Shown here: piece after piece, positions 1-8,257 of the stretch | Position numbering within the stretch: the first letter of the stretch is position 1 | How the letters are laid out: every line of letters begins with the position of its first letter | Assembly (NCBI GenBank): GCA_964566585.1 | Contig: CAZMIW010000001.1 | Span: 4,091-42,434, forward strand | Source: an uncultured Candidatus Saccharibacteria bacterium | GTDB taxonomy: Bacteria; Patescibacteriota; Saccharimonadia; Saccharimonadales; Saccharimonadaceae | Length of the DNA: 38,344 bases | Direction: 5' to 3' | Made by a program: the position numbers and the translations under genes | The notes under the pieces: model-generated | Database searches by the model: none | The model's input: the letters and a program-made list of their open reading frames with translations, nothing else | What the model was told of the DNA's origin: nothing

Positions 1-80
1 CTCCGGCTGAAGCGCCTGCACAAGTTGGGCCGACACCTACGAATGATGATCCAGCAGCTTTCCGTATACCGGGGATATAA
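1..80 (+). CDS. 3' end of a CDS entering the window (Pro/Ala-rich tail ...PAEAPAQVGPTPTNDDPAAFRIPGI*)
   Basis: Open frame from nt 3 to TAA at 78-80; low-complexity Pro/Ala/acidic tail; followed by a repeat element and a terminator. Confidence 0.6.
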   Translation, partial: PAEAPAQVGPTPTNDDPAAFRIPGI

Positions 81-299
81 TATCAGGGTGAGCTGCTTCT
101 TCTGACGCTACGCATCAGACGGAACTGCCTCGCTCGGTTTGAAACGCAAGCGTTTCAAACTCTCGCTTCGTTGTTCCGTCAGCGGGTGCGTTGCTTCGCT
201 TCGCTCACGCGTCCCAAGGGGCGAACACTCGCTGGGCTTAAAGCCCCGCTCGTTCCGCTACTCCCGCTTCATCGCATCTCATCCCTGATATTACATCCC
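72..299. repeat. Structured intergenic element, copy A (expanded, with extra internal hairpins)
   Basis: Arms GGGATATAATATCAGGG (72-88) / CCCTGATATTACATCCC (283-299); shares GAGCTGCTTCTTC, TGCGTTGCT, TCCGCTACTC and CATCTCATCCC motifs with copies B-D. Confidence 0.85.
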
Positions 300-312
300 T
301 GCAGCTGAGTAA

Positions 313-341
313 CAAAAAGCCACCTTTTAAGGTGGTTTTTG
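313..341. terminator. Bidirectional intrinsic terminator (rpsO and the convergent gene)
   Basis: CAAAAAGCCACCTT-TT-AAGGTGGTTTTTG hairpin with A and T tracts. Confidence 0.85.
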
Positions 342-608
342 CTATTTCCGGAGGCCGAGTTTTGCGACGGTGGCTTTGTAGGCTTCGTAATCGGTTTTTT
401 CAAGATACTTGAGAAGTTTCTTGCGCTTGCCGACCATCTGCATAAGGCCGCGGCGGGCCATGAAATCGTGCTTGTTATTCTTAACGTGCTCGGTAACCTC
501 TAAAATCCGCTCGGTCAAGATGGAAATCTGAACCTCTGGGGAGCCGACATCCTTTTTACTACGAGCGAGCTTAGAAATAGCCTCGCCTTTTTTCTCTTTA
601 GTAATCAT
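342..608 (-). CDS. rpsO: 30S ribosomal protein S15
   Basis: [17 protein letters not shown]...[23 protein letters not shown] motifs. Confidence 0.98.
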   Translation of the reverse strand: MITKEKKGEAISKLARSKKDVGSPEVQISILTERILEVTEHVKNNKHDFMARRGLMQMVGKRKKLLKYLEKTDYEAYKATVAKLGLRK

Positions 609-617
609 ATGGAGAGA

Positions 618-1379
618 TTATATCACAGGTTTGGTCTCTTGACAAGAGTTTTCTTGGAGCCATTTTTCGAGAGGGGTGGCGTCTTGGACGTTGTAATTGT
701 CGATAGAGGTGCGGCGAAGGGCGGTGAGGTAGGCGCCGGTCTGTAAGGCTTTACCGATGTCCTCGGCGAGGGAGCGGATGTAAGTGCCACTAGAGACTTT
801 GCAACTGATTTTTAGGTAGGGAAAATCATAGCTTAGGAGATTTATGTTGTAAATCGTGACTTTGCGCGTGGGCATCTCGGGCGCTTCGCCTTTGCGGGCG
901 AGATCGTAGGCGCGGTGGCCGTTGATTTTAACGGCGGAGAAGCGGGGAACGGTCTGAGTGATTTCGCCGGTGAAGGATTTGAGGACGGCTTGGACTTCTG
1001 ATAGTGTCGGAGGATTGACGGTGCCAGATTTTGGATTAGGATAGTTTGTGAAATCGGTGGCGATGGGTTTTGGATTGGGGTAATTTGTGAAATTGACAAC
1101 TTTGGTGATTTCGCCCTCGGGGTCGCCAGTAGAAGAAGTTTCGCCGAGCTTTAAGATTGCTTCATAACTTTTGTCTTTTTTAAGGAATTCTTGGCATTTT
1201 TTAGTGTTTTTGCCGGACATTAAGATAAGAAGGCCGGTCGCGAAGGGGTCTAATGTGCCGGTATGACCAACTTTTATCTTATGACCGAATTTTTCAGAGA
1301 GGACGCGACGGACGCGAGCGACGACGCCGAAAGAGGTGATGTTTTCGGGCTTGTCGATTAAGATGATTTGGTCTTCCAT
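618..1379 (-). CDS. truB: tRNA pseudouridine(55) synthase TruB
   Basis: IDKP, KVGHTGTLDPFATG, SAVKING, SSGTYIRSL, LRRT motifs; ends without a C-terminal PUA domain. Confidence 0.97.
   Translation of the reverse strand: MEDQIILIDKPENITSFGVVARVRRVLSEKFGHKIKVGHTGTLDPFATGLLILMSGKNTKKCQEFLKKDKSYEAILKLGETSSTGDPEGEITKVVNFTNYPNPKPIATDFTNYPNPKSGTVNPPTLSEVQAVLKSFTGEITQTVPRFSAVKINGHRAYDLARKGEAPEMPTRKVTIYNINLLSYDFPYLKISCKVSSGTYIRSLAEDIGKALQTGAYLTALRRTSIDNYNVQDATPLEKWLQENSCQETKPVI
1029..1093 (-). repeat. In-frame duplication within truB (FTNYPNPK twice, period 39 nt)
   Basis: TTTTGGATTAGGATAGTTTGTGAAAT (1029-1054) vs TTTTGGATTGGGGTAATTTGTGAAAT (1068-1093). Confidence 0.85.
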
Positions 1380-1395
1380 AATTATATTTTAACAT

Positions 1396-1426
1396 AAAAA
1401 AGCCCCTGCTATGAGCAAGGGCTTTT
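1396..1426 (-). terminator. Intrinsic terminator after ORF 1433-2125
   Basis: AAAAAAGCCCCTGCT-ATG-AGCAAGGGCTTTT; gives a U-tract on the minus strand. Confidence 0.75.
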
Positions 1427-1432
1427 AAGGTA

Positions 1433-2125
1433 CTATGCGTCTTCGGCGTAGTCGAAAACTTCGTCGAAGGCGTCCTGGGACTTGAGCAGACTCACGAGCT
1501 CGACATTGTTCAAGTTGTGGAGCTTGTCAATGTCTTTATCCGCGGCGTGAATCCGGCTCAGCGAAGCTTGCATAGCGCGACGCTCGCAGGCCTCTTTGGA
1601 TTCCGGCAGGGGAAGGCCAAGGAAGCCAATAAAATTCTCGAGAAGCATCTTTGTAGTCGCGATGTCGTAAGCACGCTTCTTTGAATCTTTCTCGGCTTCG
1701 ACTTTCTCGAGGCAGCTCTTATAGAGGCTATAACCGTTATAATTGGCTACTTTGTTTTCGTCCTCTAAGAACTGTCTGAAGCAAGCAAGAAAGAGATTTT
1801 TATAAAAAATCTCGATGGTCAACTTCGCTTCGGCGAGAAAGGCTTTTATTGGCAAACCATTGGGTTTCGACGGCATAAGCTGATAAACCGTTTCGTCCTT
1901 TTCGGCATCGTAATTCGGAAAAAAGGGCGTGAAATGGATCAGCTTTTTGCCCTCAGCCTTTAGAATGGCGGTCTGCATTTTACGTTGGACCGCGTTCCAG
2001 ATTTCGATGACGGGGTCATCGACAATTCCGACGAGAGTTTTAAAATTGCCTTTAATGACAATTTTCCCTACGCCGGTTTTTTGGTTAAAGCGAACGGCGT
2101 TCGCCCTAACTTTAATCTTACACAT
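1433..2125 (-). CDS. Hypothetical protein (230 aa)
   Basis: Long ORF with SD-like AAGGGGG, upstream TGCTATAAT (about 2169-2177, minus strand) and its own terminator; no motif recognised. Confidence 0.7.
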   Translation of the reverse strand: MCKIKVRANAVRFNQKTGVGKIVIKGNFKTLVGIVDDPVIEIWNAVQRKMQTAILKAEGKKLIHFTPFFPNYDAEKDETVYQLMPSKPNGLPIKAFLAEAKLTIEIFYKNLFLACFRQFLEDENKVANYNGYSLYKSCLEKVEAEKDSKKRAYDIATTKMLLENFIGFLGLPLPESKEACERRAMQASLSRIHAADKDIDKLHNLNNVELVSLLKSQDAFDEVFDYAEDA

Positions 2126-2224
2126 AGTAACCCCCCTTTTTTGTTAATGTTCTAAAACAACTCTGTAATTATAGCACAAATTGACGAAAAATTCAAGAGG
2201 TGATATGATAATTATGTATATTAA

Positions 2225-2289
2225 TTTGGGAAGACGGCAGATAAATGTTTTGGACGCTGTCGAAGATATTTATCTGATGTTTTCCCGAA
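2225..2289 (+). promoter_or_regulatory. Long stem-loop in the pnp 5' leader
   Basis: TTTGGGAAGAC/GTTTTCCCGAA outer stem and CAGATAAATGTTTTGGAC/GTCGAAGATATTTATCTG inner stem with G-U pairs, directly before the SD. Confidence 0.65.
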
Positions 2290-2300
2290 GAAAGGGAAAT

Positions 2301-4490
2301 ATGGATATTATTAATCCAAAGGGATTAAAAACAACAATTTTAGAGACAGAATGGCAAGGAAAGAAGCTCTCGCTCGAGGTGAATAAAGTCGGATTTCGGA
2401 CGACTTCTTCGGTGGTGGTGCGCTATGGAGATACGGTGATACTCGGGAGCGTAGTGGTTTCAAAGGAGCCGGTGAAACAGGATTTCTTCCCGCTCTCGAT
2501 TGATTATGAAGAGAAATTTTATGCGGCGGGGAAGATTTCTGGCTCGAAGTTTTTAAAGAGGGAAGGAAAGCCAGCAGACGAGGCGATTTTAATCGGAAGG
2601 CTGATAGACCGGCCGATTCGACCGCTGTTTCCAAAAGGGTATCGGCAGGAGGTGCAGGTCGTTGCGACAGTGCTTTCGATGGACCCTTCGTTCAGGCCGG
2701 ATGTAATCGGGATGATTGCGGCGTCCTCGGCGCTTCTAAATGCTGGAGTACCGTTTGATGGACCGGTGGCTGGTCTTCGGATTGGCCGCGTGGATGGGGA
2801 ATTTAAAGCGTTTTTGTCGCCAGAGGAAAGAGAAAAATCTGATCTTGACCTCGTCGTTGCGGTGCGTGAAGACAAGGTGATGATGGTGGAAGCGGGGGCG
2901 AAAGAGGTGCCGGAAGAGGTAATTATCGAGGCGATGCGTTGGGCAGTTAAGGAATGTCAGCCGGCATTGAAACTACAAAAAGAATTGGCTGCGAAGGTTG
3001 ATGCTATCGCTTCGGAGTACGAGTTAGTTTTGCCGGATGAGTCAATTCAGGAAAAGGTTGATGAATGGACTTCTAAGCATTTCGGTAAAAAGGGCGAGGC
3101 AATTCGGGGGAACGTGCTTGAGAGGAATGACATTTGCGATAGATTGCGCGACGAGATGGATAAGGAGTTTGCTGCGGAGCTCGGCGAGGGGGAGACAGAG
3201 GAGGAAAAGGCGGCGGACTATGCAGATAGATTCGCAAGTGAGTATCATGATGCCTTTGAACTTTCGGTGCATCACGAGGTTCGCCGGGCAATTATTGAGG
3301 ATGGAATCCGGCCGGATGGACGGAAAATGACAGAGGTACGGCCGCTGTCATCACAGGTGGGACTTTTGCCGCGAACGCACGGTTCGGCGCTGTTTACGAG
3401 AGGGCTAACACAGGCTCTTAATATCGTCACTCTGGCGCCGCTTTCGTTCGCGCAAATTGTGGACACGATGGAAGTGACGGACGGGGAGAGGCGCTATATG
3501 CATCACTATAATGCACCTTCTTATACAATTGGAGAGATTGGGCGGCTCGGTTCACCGGGGCGCCGAGAGGTCGGGCATGGGTATCTCGCTGAAAGAGCGC
3601 TTTTGCCGGTGTTGCCTTCAAAGGAAGATTTCCCGTATGCGATTCGGAGCGTGACTGAGATTATGTCGCAAAACGGTTCGACTTCGATGGCGGCGACGTG
3701 CTCGTCTTGTATGGCTTTGATGGATGCCGGTGTGCCGCTCGTTCGTCCGGTTTCGGGGGTAGCGATGGGGCTGATGGTGGATGTGCCGAAAGGCGAAGAG
3801 GTGAAGGCATCTGATATAGATAAAGCATATGTCTTGACGGATTTGATGGATGCGGAGGACTTTGCCGGAGATATGGACTTTAAAGTCACGGGGACGACCG
3901 AGGGAATTACGGCGCTCCAGATGGATATGAAGGTACATGGACTTCCGGTGGAGATTCTCGAGAAAGCAATTGCGCAGTCTCACGAGGGAAGAATGTTCAT
4001 CCTAGACCACATGCTTTCGGTAATTCCTGGGCCTCGGCCAGAGATTTCAAAGTATGCGCCGCGGATTGAGAAGATTCAGATTAAGCCAAGTAAGATTGGA
4101 GCGGTGATTGGCAAGGGCGGAGAAACAATTAATAAGATTGTTGAGGAGACGGGAGCCTCGATTGATATTAATGATGATGGACTCGTGACGGTGGCGGGGG
4201 CGGATCCGGCGGCGATTGCTCGGGCGGTGGAATGGGTCCAAAAATTAGTTGAAGAGCCGGAAGTCGGGAAGATTTATAAAGGTAAAGTCGTGACGATTAA
4301 AGATTTTGGGGCATTCGTAAATATTCTCCCAGGAATTGATGGGATGTTGCACGTTTCGCAGATTAGAGATGAAAAAGTGGCGAGAGTTGAGGATGTGCTT
4401 CATGTTGGGCAAGAGGTGAATGTGAAGCTTACGGCGATTGATCAGAAGGGGAAATTGTCTTTGAGCATGAAAAAAGTGATACAACCATAA
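2301..4490 (+). CDS. pnp: Polyribonucleotide nucleotidyltransferase (PNPase)
   Basis: FFPLSIDYEEK, RLIDRPIRPLFP, RREVGHG, NGSTSMA, GDMDFKV, KH and S1 domains; start moved to ATG 2301 after SD AAAGGGA. Confidence 0.97.
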   Translation: MDIINPKGLKTTILETEWQGKKLSLEVNKVGFRTTSSVVVRYGDTVILGSVVVSKEPVKQDFFPLSIDYEEKFYAAGKISGSKFLKREGKPADEAILIGRLIDRPIRPLFPKGYRQEVQVVATVLSMDPSFRPDVIGMIAASSALLNAGVPFDGPVAGLRIGRVDGEFKAFLSPEEREKSDLDLVVAVREDKVMMVEAGAKEVPEEVIIEAMRWAVKECQPALKLQKELAAKVDAIASEYELVLPDESIQEKVDEWTSKHFGKKGEAIRGNVLERNDICDRLRDEMDKEFAAELGEGETEEEKAADYADRFASEYHDAFELSVHHEVRRAIIEDGIRPDGRKMTEVRPLSSQVGLLPRTHGSALFTRGLTQALNIVTLAPLSFAQIVDTMEVTDGERRYMHHYNAPSYTIGEIGRLGSPGRREVGHGYLAERALLPVLPSKEDFPYAIRSVTEIMSQNGSTSMAATCSSCMALMDAGVPLVRPVSGVAMGLMVDVPKGEEVKASDIDKAYVLTDLMDAEDFAGDMDFKVTGTTEGITALQMDMKVHGLPVEILEKAIAQSHEGRMFILDHMLSVIPGPRPEISKYAPRIEKIQIKPSKIGAVIGKGGETINKIVEETGASIDINDDGLVTVAGADPAAIARAVEWVQKLVEEPEVGKIYKGKVVTIKDFGAFVNILPGIDGMLHVSQIRDEKVARVEDVLHVGQEVNVKLTAIDQKGKLSLSMKKVIQP

Positions 4491-4496
4491 GATTTT

Positions 4497-4549
4497 TTGG
4501 GACTTTTCTGTGGATCCGTCCCAAGGGGGATTCGGAAGAAAAGTCCCAA
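4497..4549. repeat. Hairpin just after the pnp stop, containing CGTCCCAAGGGG also found in element copy A
   Basis: TTGGGACTTTTCT / AGAAAAGTCCCAA arms; 12-mer at 4517-4528 equals 210-221. Confidence 0.6.
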
Positions 4550-4567
4550 CGAAAAGAACCTAGCTCT

Positions 4568-4602
4568 AAAATGAAATCAGGCGCATGTCCTGATTTCATT
4601 TT
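4568..4602. terminator. Bidirectional terminator between convergent pnp and ftsK
   Basis: AAAATGAAATCAGG-7nt-CCTGATTTCATTTT perfect 14-bp stem. Confidence 0.8.
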
Positions 4603-4685
4603 GGTTTATTATTGTTGTGCGAGTTCATAGGCAAAGCCTTCGAGCGTCGCTTGCTCGGTATCCAAAAATACTTCGTATTTTTGGT

Positions 4686-6917
4686 CTACGCTCGCTGCGC
4701 TAGCTCGTCGAATTCTTCCATGGAGTGGATAAGGACTTCGCGGGGCTTGTTGCCGTTGGCTTCGCCGATGACGCCGATTTCCTCGAACCAGATGGCGAGA
4801 CCGGAGACGAAGCCATGGCCCTTGCCAAGGTAGGTTTGGAGCATGGCGGTGGCGAATTTGCCTTTGGATAAGGTGATTTCGACGGCTTTGCGGACTACTG
4901 GGTCGTTGGGGTCGAAGCGGCGACCCATGTCGCCGATAGAGCCGCCGGAGGCGGGGCCGGCCACAGAGACGGCTTGAGCGATGACTTCTTTGTTGTATTC
5001 GGGTGGGCGTTGCTCTTTTAAGAAGTTGGCGACTTTGATTTCTTCTTTATCTTCGAGCATGGCACCCTGAATACGACGGGGGACGCCTTGCATATCGGTG
5101 GTCAGCATGAGCATATCGCCCTTGCCGAGGAGCTTTTCGGCGCCGCCTTTGTCAAGCATAACCATAGAGTCGGTGGTGGAGGAAACGGCGAAAGCAATCC
5201 TAGCTGGGACGTTGCCTTTGATAAGACCGGTGACAACTTTGACGATTGGCTTCTGAGTAGCGAGAACGAGATGAATGCCGGCGGCGCGGCCCATCTGGGC
5301 GATGCGGACGATAGGGGGTTCCATCTCTTTACCGGCTTGCATCATAATATCGGACATCTCGTCAATGACGATCACGATATAAGGCATTTTGCCGCCATCG
5401 TGTTTTTGCTCATGGCCGTCTTCGTCGGAGACGATAACTTTGCCGCCGTCTGCGGCCTTCTTTTCGTTATAAGAAACAATATTTTTTACACCCTCTTCGG
5501 CGAATAAGGTATAGCGCCGAGTCATTTCATTGACGGCCCATTTGAGGGAGGAAACCGCCTCAGGGGTTTCGGAGATAATGGGCGTTAAGAGATGAGGGAT
5601 ATCGGCATATTGGACCATCTCGACGCGTTTTGGATCAATAATGATAAACTTCAAATCGGATGGGGAATTGCGATAGAGAAGGGAGACAATCATGGCATTG
5701 GTCATGACGGACTTTCCGGAGCCGGTTGTACCGGCAATTAAGAGGTGGGGCATTTTGGCGAGATTGGCGACGACAGTTTTTCCGGAAATATCCTTACCGA
5801 CGGCGAAGGTGAGCGGGTCGTCGGCATTTTTCCACTCTGGGCTTTCGAGAAGGACGCGGAGGCCGACGGCGGCCGGCTTGGCATTAGGAATTTCGACGCC
5901 GACGAGAGAAGTTCCGGGGATAGGCGCTTCGATACGGACTTTGGCGACAGAGAGATTAAGAGCGAGCTCTTTATCGCGGGCTAAAATCTTGGAGAGATTG
6001 ACGCCGGCGGGCGGCTTTAGGGTATATTGCGTGACGCGCGGGCCGATATTCGCTCCATCCATCTCGACGTCGATACCAAAATCTGCTAGGGTAGATTTAA
6101 TAATGAAGGCATTTTGCTGGACGTTGCCAGGGTCGGCTGGGGAGGAAACTTTTTCAAGTAAATCGATAGGAGGCATTTTCCAATTCGGGTCTCCGACAGA
6201 GAGCGTGGCGCGCTCGGTAGCTTTCTCGGCCTTTGGAGCTGTCGTTGCTTTTCCGGCCGCACCCTTTTTAATAGAATCTTTACGAAGGAGGCCAAAGCGC
6301 TTTTTAGGTTTTTTCTCTTCTACTTTTTTAGTATCGCCAGAGATTTTTAGTTCGGTCTTTTTAGTGGATTCGGCATTTTCTGCTTCGGTCGGCGCTTTCT
6401 TTTTACCAAGTTTGTTAGAAGCTTTAGAGAAGGCTTCCATGGGCGAAATTTGCAAGACGAAGATACCGGTGACGAAAATTAACAGGGCGTAGATTAAGAC
6501 GGCGGCGACCGAGCCAAGATTACCGGTCACTAGTTTATCCATTTCTATGCCAAAGGTACCGCCATTTTTAAAGACGCCAAACATACCGGTAAACCAGATG
6601 AGCATTAGAATAGTCGAGAGCCAGAGCTTTGGAGAGAATCTATTGCCCTCGGACCTTAAAGTATCAACGGCGAGGTAGACTAACGCTAGGGGAATAAGAT
6701 AACAGGTTAGTCCAATCATACGGGAGGCCTCTCGATGGATAGAGTCGAGCAGGGTTCCGCTTGAGCCAAACCACATAAAAACAATAACAATTGCGAGTAA
6801 AATCATGAATACAGCTACTACCTGACGCCAAAAGCCAGTGGGCTCTTTTGCGGGCTGTCTTGTTGGCGCTTTTCTTGCCGACGATTGTTTTCGTTTTGTG
6901 GATTTCCTCCTTGCCAT
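4686..6917 (-). CDS. ftsK: DNA translocase FtsK/SpoIIIE
   Basis: N-terminal TM helices, PHLLIAGTTGSGKS, IDPK, IVIDE, GRAAGIHLVLATQ, GAEKLLGKGDML, C-terminal gamma domain; likely start ATG 6917. Confidence 0.96.
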   Translation of the reverse strand: MARRKSTKRKQSSARKAPTRQPAKEPTGFWRQVVAVFMILLAIVIVFMWFGSSGTLLDSIHREASRMIGLTCYLIPLALVYLAVDTLRSEGNRFSPKLWLSTILMLIWFTGMFGVFKNGGTFGIEMDKLVTGNLGSVAAVLIYALLIFVTGIFVLQISPMEAFSKASNKLGKKKAPTEAENAESTKKTELKISGDTKKVEEKKPKKRFGLLRKDSIKKGAAGKATTAPKAEKATERATLSVGDPNWKMPPIDLLEKVSSPADPGNVQQNAFIIKSTLADFGIDVEMDGANIGPRVTQYTLKPPAGVNLSKILARDKELALNLSVAKVRIEAPIPGTSLVGVEIPNAKPAAVGLRVLLESPEWKNADDPLTFAVGKDISGKTVVANLAKMPHLLIAGTTGSGKSVMTNAMIVSLLYRNSPSDLKFIIIDPKRVEMVQYADIPHLLTPIISETPEAVSSLKWAVNEMTRRYTLFAEEGVKNIVSYNEKKAADGGKVIVSDEDGHEQKHDGGKMPYIVIVIDEMSDIMMQAGKEMEPPIVRIAQMGRAAGIHLVLATQKPIVKVVTGLIKGNVPARIAFAVSSTTDSMVMLDKGGAEKLLGKGDMLMLTTDMQGVPRRIQGAMLEDKEEIKVANFLKEQRPPEYNKEVIAQAVSVAGPASGGSIGDMGRRFDPNDPVVRKAVEITLSKGKFATAMLQTYLGKGHGFVSGLAIWFEEIGVIGEANGNKPREVLIHSMEEFDELAQRA

Positions 6918-7032
6918 ATAACTATTGTAACATGAAAGTTGCATTATTTTAAGGGTTTTGATATAATTATTCTGTAATATTAGCTCAGCAGATAGGTTTG
7001 GCCGTATCTGCTTTAACCAAAGGAGTGTGTGA

Positions 7033-7473
7033 ATGAAAATTTACGAACTTACTGTTCTGATTCATCCGGATCTCGAGATGAATCTAGAGCCAGCGCTCAA
7101 GAAAGTGGAGAATGCAATTCTTGAGAGCGGTGGTAAAATTATCAAAACTACCGATGATGGTAAAAAGAGATTGACGTATGCGATTGATGGGCAGACGCAC
7201 GCAATTTTCTATTTTTACGATGTCGAGTTACCGGCGGATGCGCCGCAAAAGATTTCGAATGCGCTAAACATCGCCGATGAGGTGATACGCTATCTTTTGA
7301 CGGTAAAAGATGAGCGCAAAGAGAAAATGGAAGCAAGGCGCTTAGAGATGGAAAAAGCCGAGGCGGCTGAGACCGTCGAGGAAGTCGCGGAAGCCGAGAA
7401 GGTAGCTGAAGAAGTTATTGAAGAGGCTACCGAAGAAGTGGATGAAAAGGCTTCAGAAGAAAGCAAGAAATAA
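7033..7473 (+). CDS. rpsF: 30S ribosomal protein S6 with acidic tail
   Basis: MKIYEL..IHPDL, GKKRLTYAI, VIRYL; rpsF-ssb-rpsR gene order. Confidence 0.96.
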   Translation: MKIYELTVLIHPDLEMNLEPALKKVENAILESGGKIIKTTDDGKKRLTYAIDGQTHAIFYFYDVELPADAPQKISNALNIADEVIRYLLTVKDERKEKMEARRLEMEKAEAAETVEEVAEAEKVAEEVIEEATEEVDEKASEESKK

Positions 7474-7495
7474 GGTTAAATTTTAAGGAGGAATT

Positions 7496-7969
7496 ATGGC
7501 AGCAGGTTTTTCTAAAGTAATTATAATGGGGAATTTAACGAGAGACCCGGAGGTGCGGACTACGCCAAACGGGGCGAATGTGACTTCATTCGGGGTGGCG
7601 GTGAACCGGACTTATAAAGACGGGTCTGGTAACAATGTTGAACAGGTCTCGTTCTTTAATTGTTCAGCGTGGGGGAGGATTGGTGAGACAATCGGACGAT
7701 ATGCCAAGAAAGGCTCTGGGGTATTGGTTTCTGGGCGACTCGAGCAGAGGAGCTGGGAAGATAAAAATACCGGCCAAAAGCGCTCGACGGTAGAGATTAT
7801 CGTAGAAGATTTTAAGTTCTTGCCGAGAGGTGGGGAACAAGGTGGTGGGTCTTATAATGGAGGAGCCTCCTATGGCGGGGGGAGTTCTAACGGGGCCTCT
7901 AGTGGGCCTGCGGAAGTAGTGCCGGAAGATGTCCCGGATGAAGTGGACCTAGGCGATATTCCATTTTAA
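7496..7969 (+). CDS. ssb: Single-stranded DNA-binding protein
   Basis: KVIIMGNLTRDPEVR, VSGRL, Gly-rich linker, DIPF tail. Confidence 0.98.
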   Translation: MAAGFSKVIIMGNLTRDPEVRTTPNGANVTSFGVAVNRTYKDGSGNNVEQVSFFNCSAWGRIGETIGRYAKKGSGVLVSGRLEQRSWEDKNTGQKRSTVEIIVEDFKFLPRGGEQGGGSYNGGASYGGGSSNGASSGPAEVVPEDVPDEVDLGDIPF

Positions 7970-8050
7970 GATTATAATGTGATTATATGGGGGTTTAGGG
8001 GCGAAAATTAGAAGAGGTATTTAAGGTATTAATTAAACAAGGAAATTATA

Positions 8051-8245
8051 ATGCGTAAAATGAAAAATGATCCAAATCTGTACTTTGATTACAGAGATGT
8101 GAAGACTTTGCAGAGGTATATTGATGCTTATGGCAGAATTGAGCCGATTTCGAAGACGGGCTTAACAGCAAAGCAGCAGAGACAACTTGCTACTGCAGTC
8201 AAGCGGGCGCGCCATCTAGCATTATTACCGTTTGTAAGTGAGTAA
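8051..8245 (+). CDS. rpsR: 30S ribosomal protein S18 (Cys-less, non-zinc type)
   Basis: [34 protein letters not shown]. Confidence 0.97.
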   Translation: MRKMKNDPNLYFDYRDVKTLQRYIDAYGRIEPISKTGLTAKQQRQLATAVKRARHLALLPFVSE

Positions 8246-8257
8246 AGGAGTATTTTT

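Noticed and set aside
72-299. Element copies as a CRISPR array, tRNA or plain terminators
   Set aside because: Copies are dispersed with no repeat-spacer period, no cloverleaf and no U-tract after the stem; copy A has a separate terminator beside it
2181-2300. 40-aa N-terminal extension of PNPase in the ORF track
   Set aside because: It spans the promoter and leader hairpin; the SD supports ATG 2301
4612-4833. 73-aa ORF crossing the hairpins and the ftsK end
   Set aside because: Antisense overlap with a TTG start and no support
5088-6492. Long plus-strand ORFs (139 and 266 aa) opposite ftsK, and similar antisense ORFs elsewhere
   Set aside because: Shadow frames of well-supported genes, with no motifs or start signals
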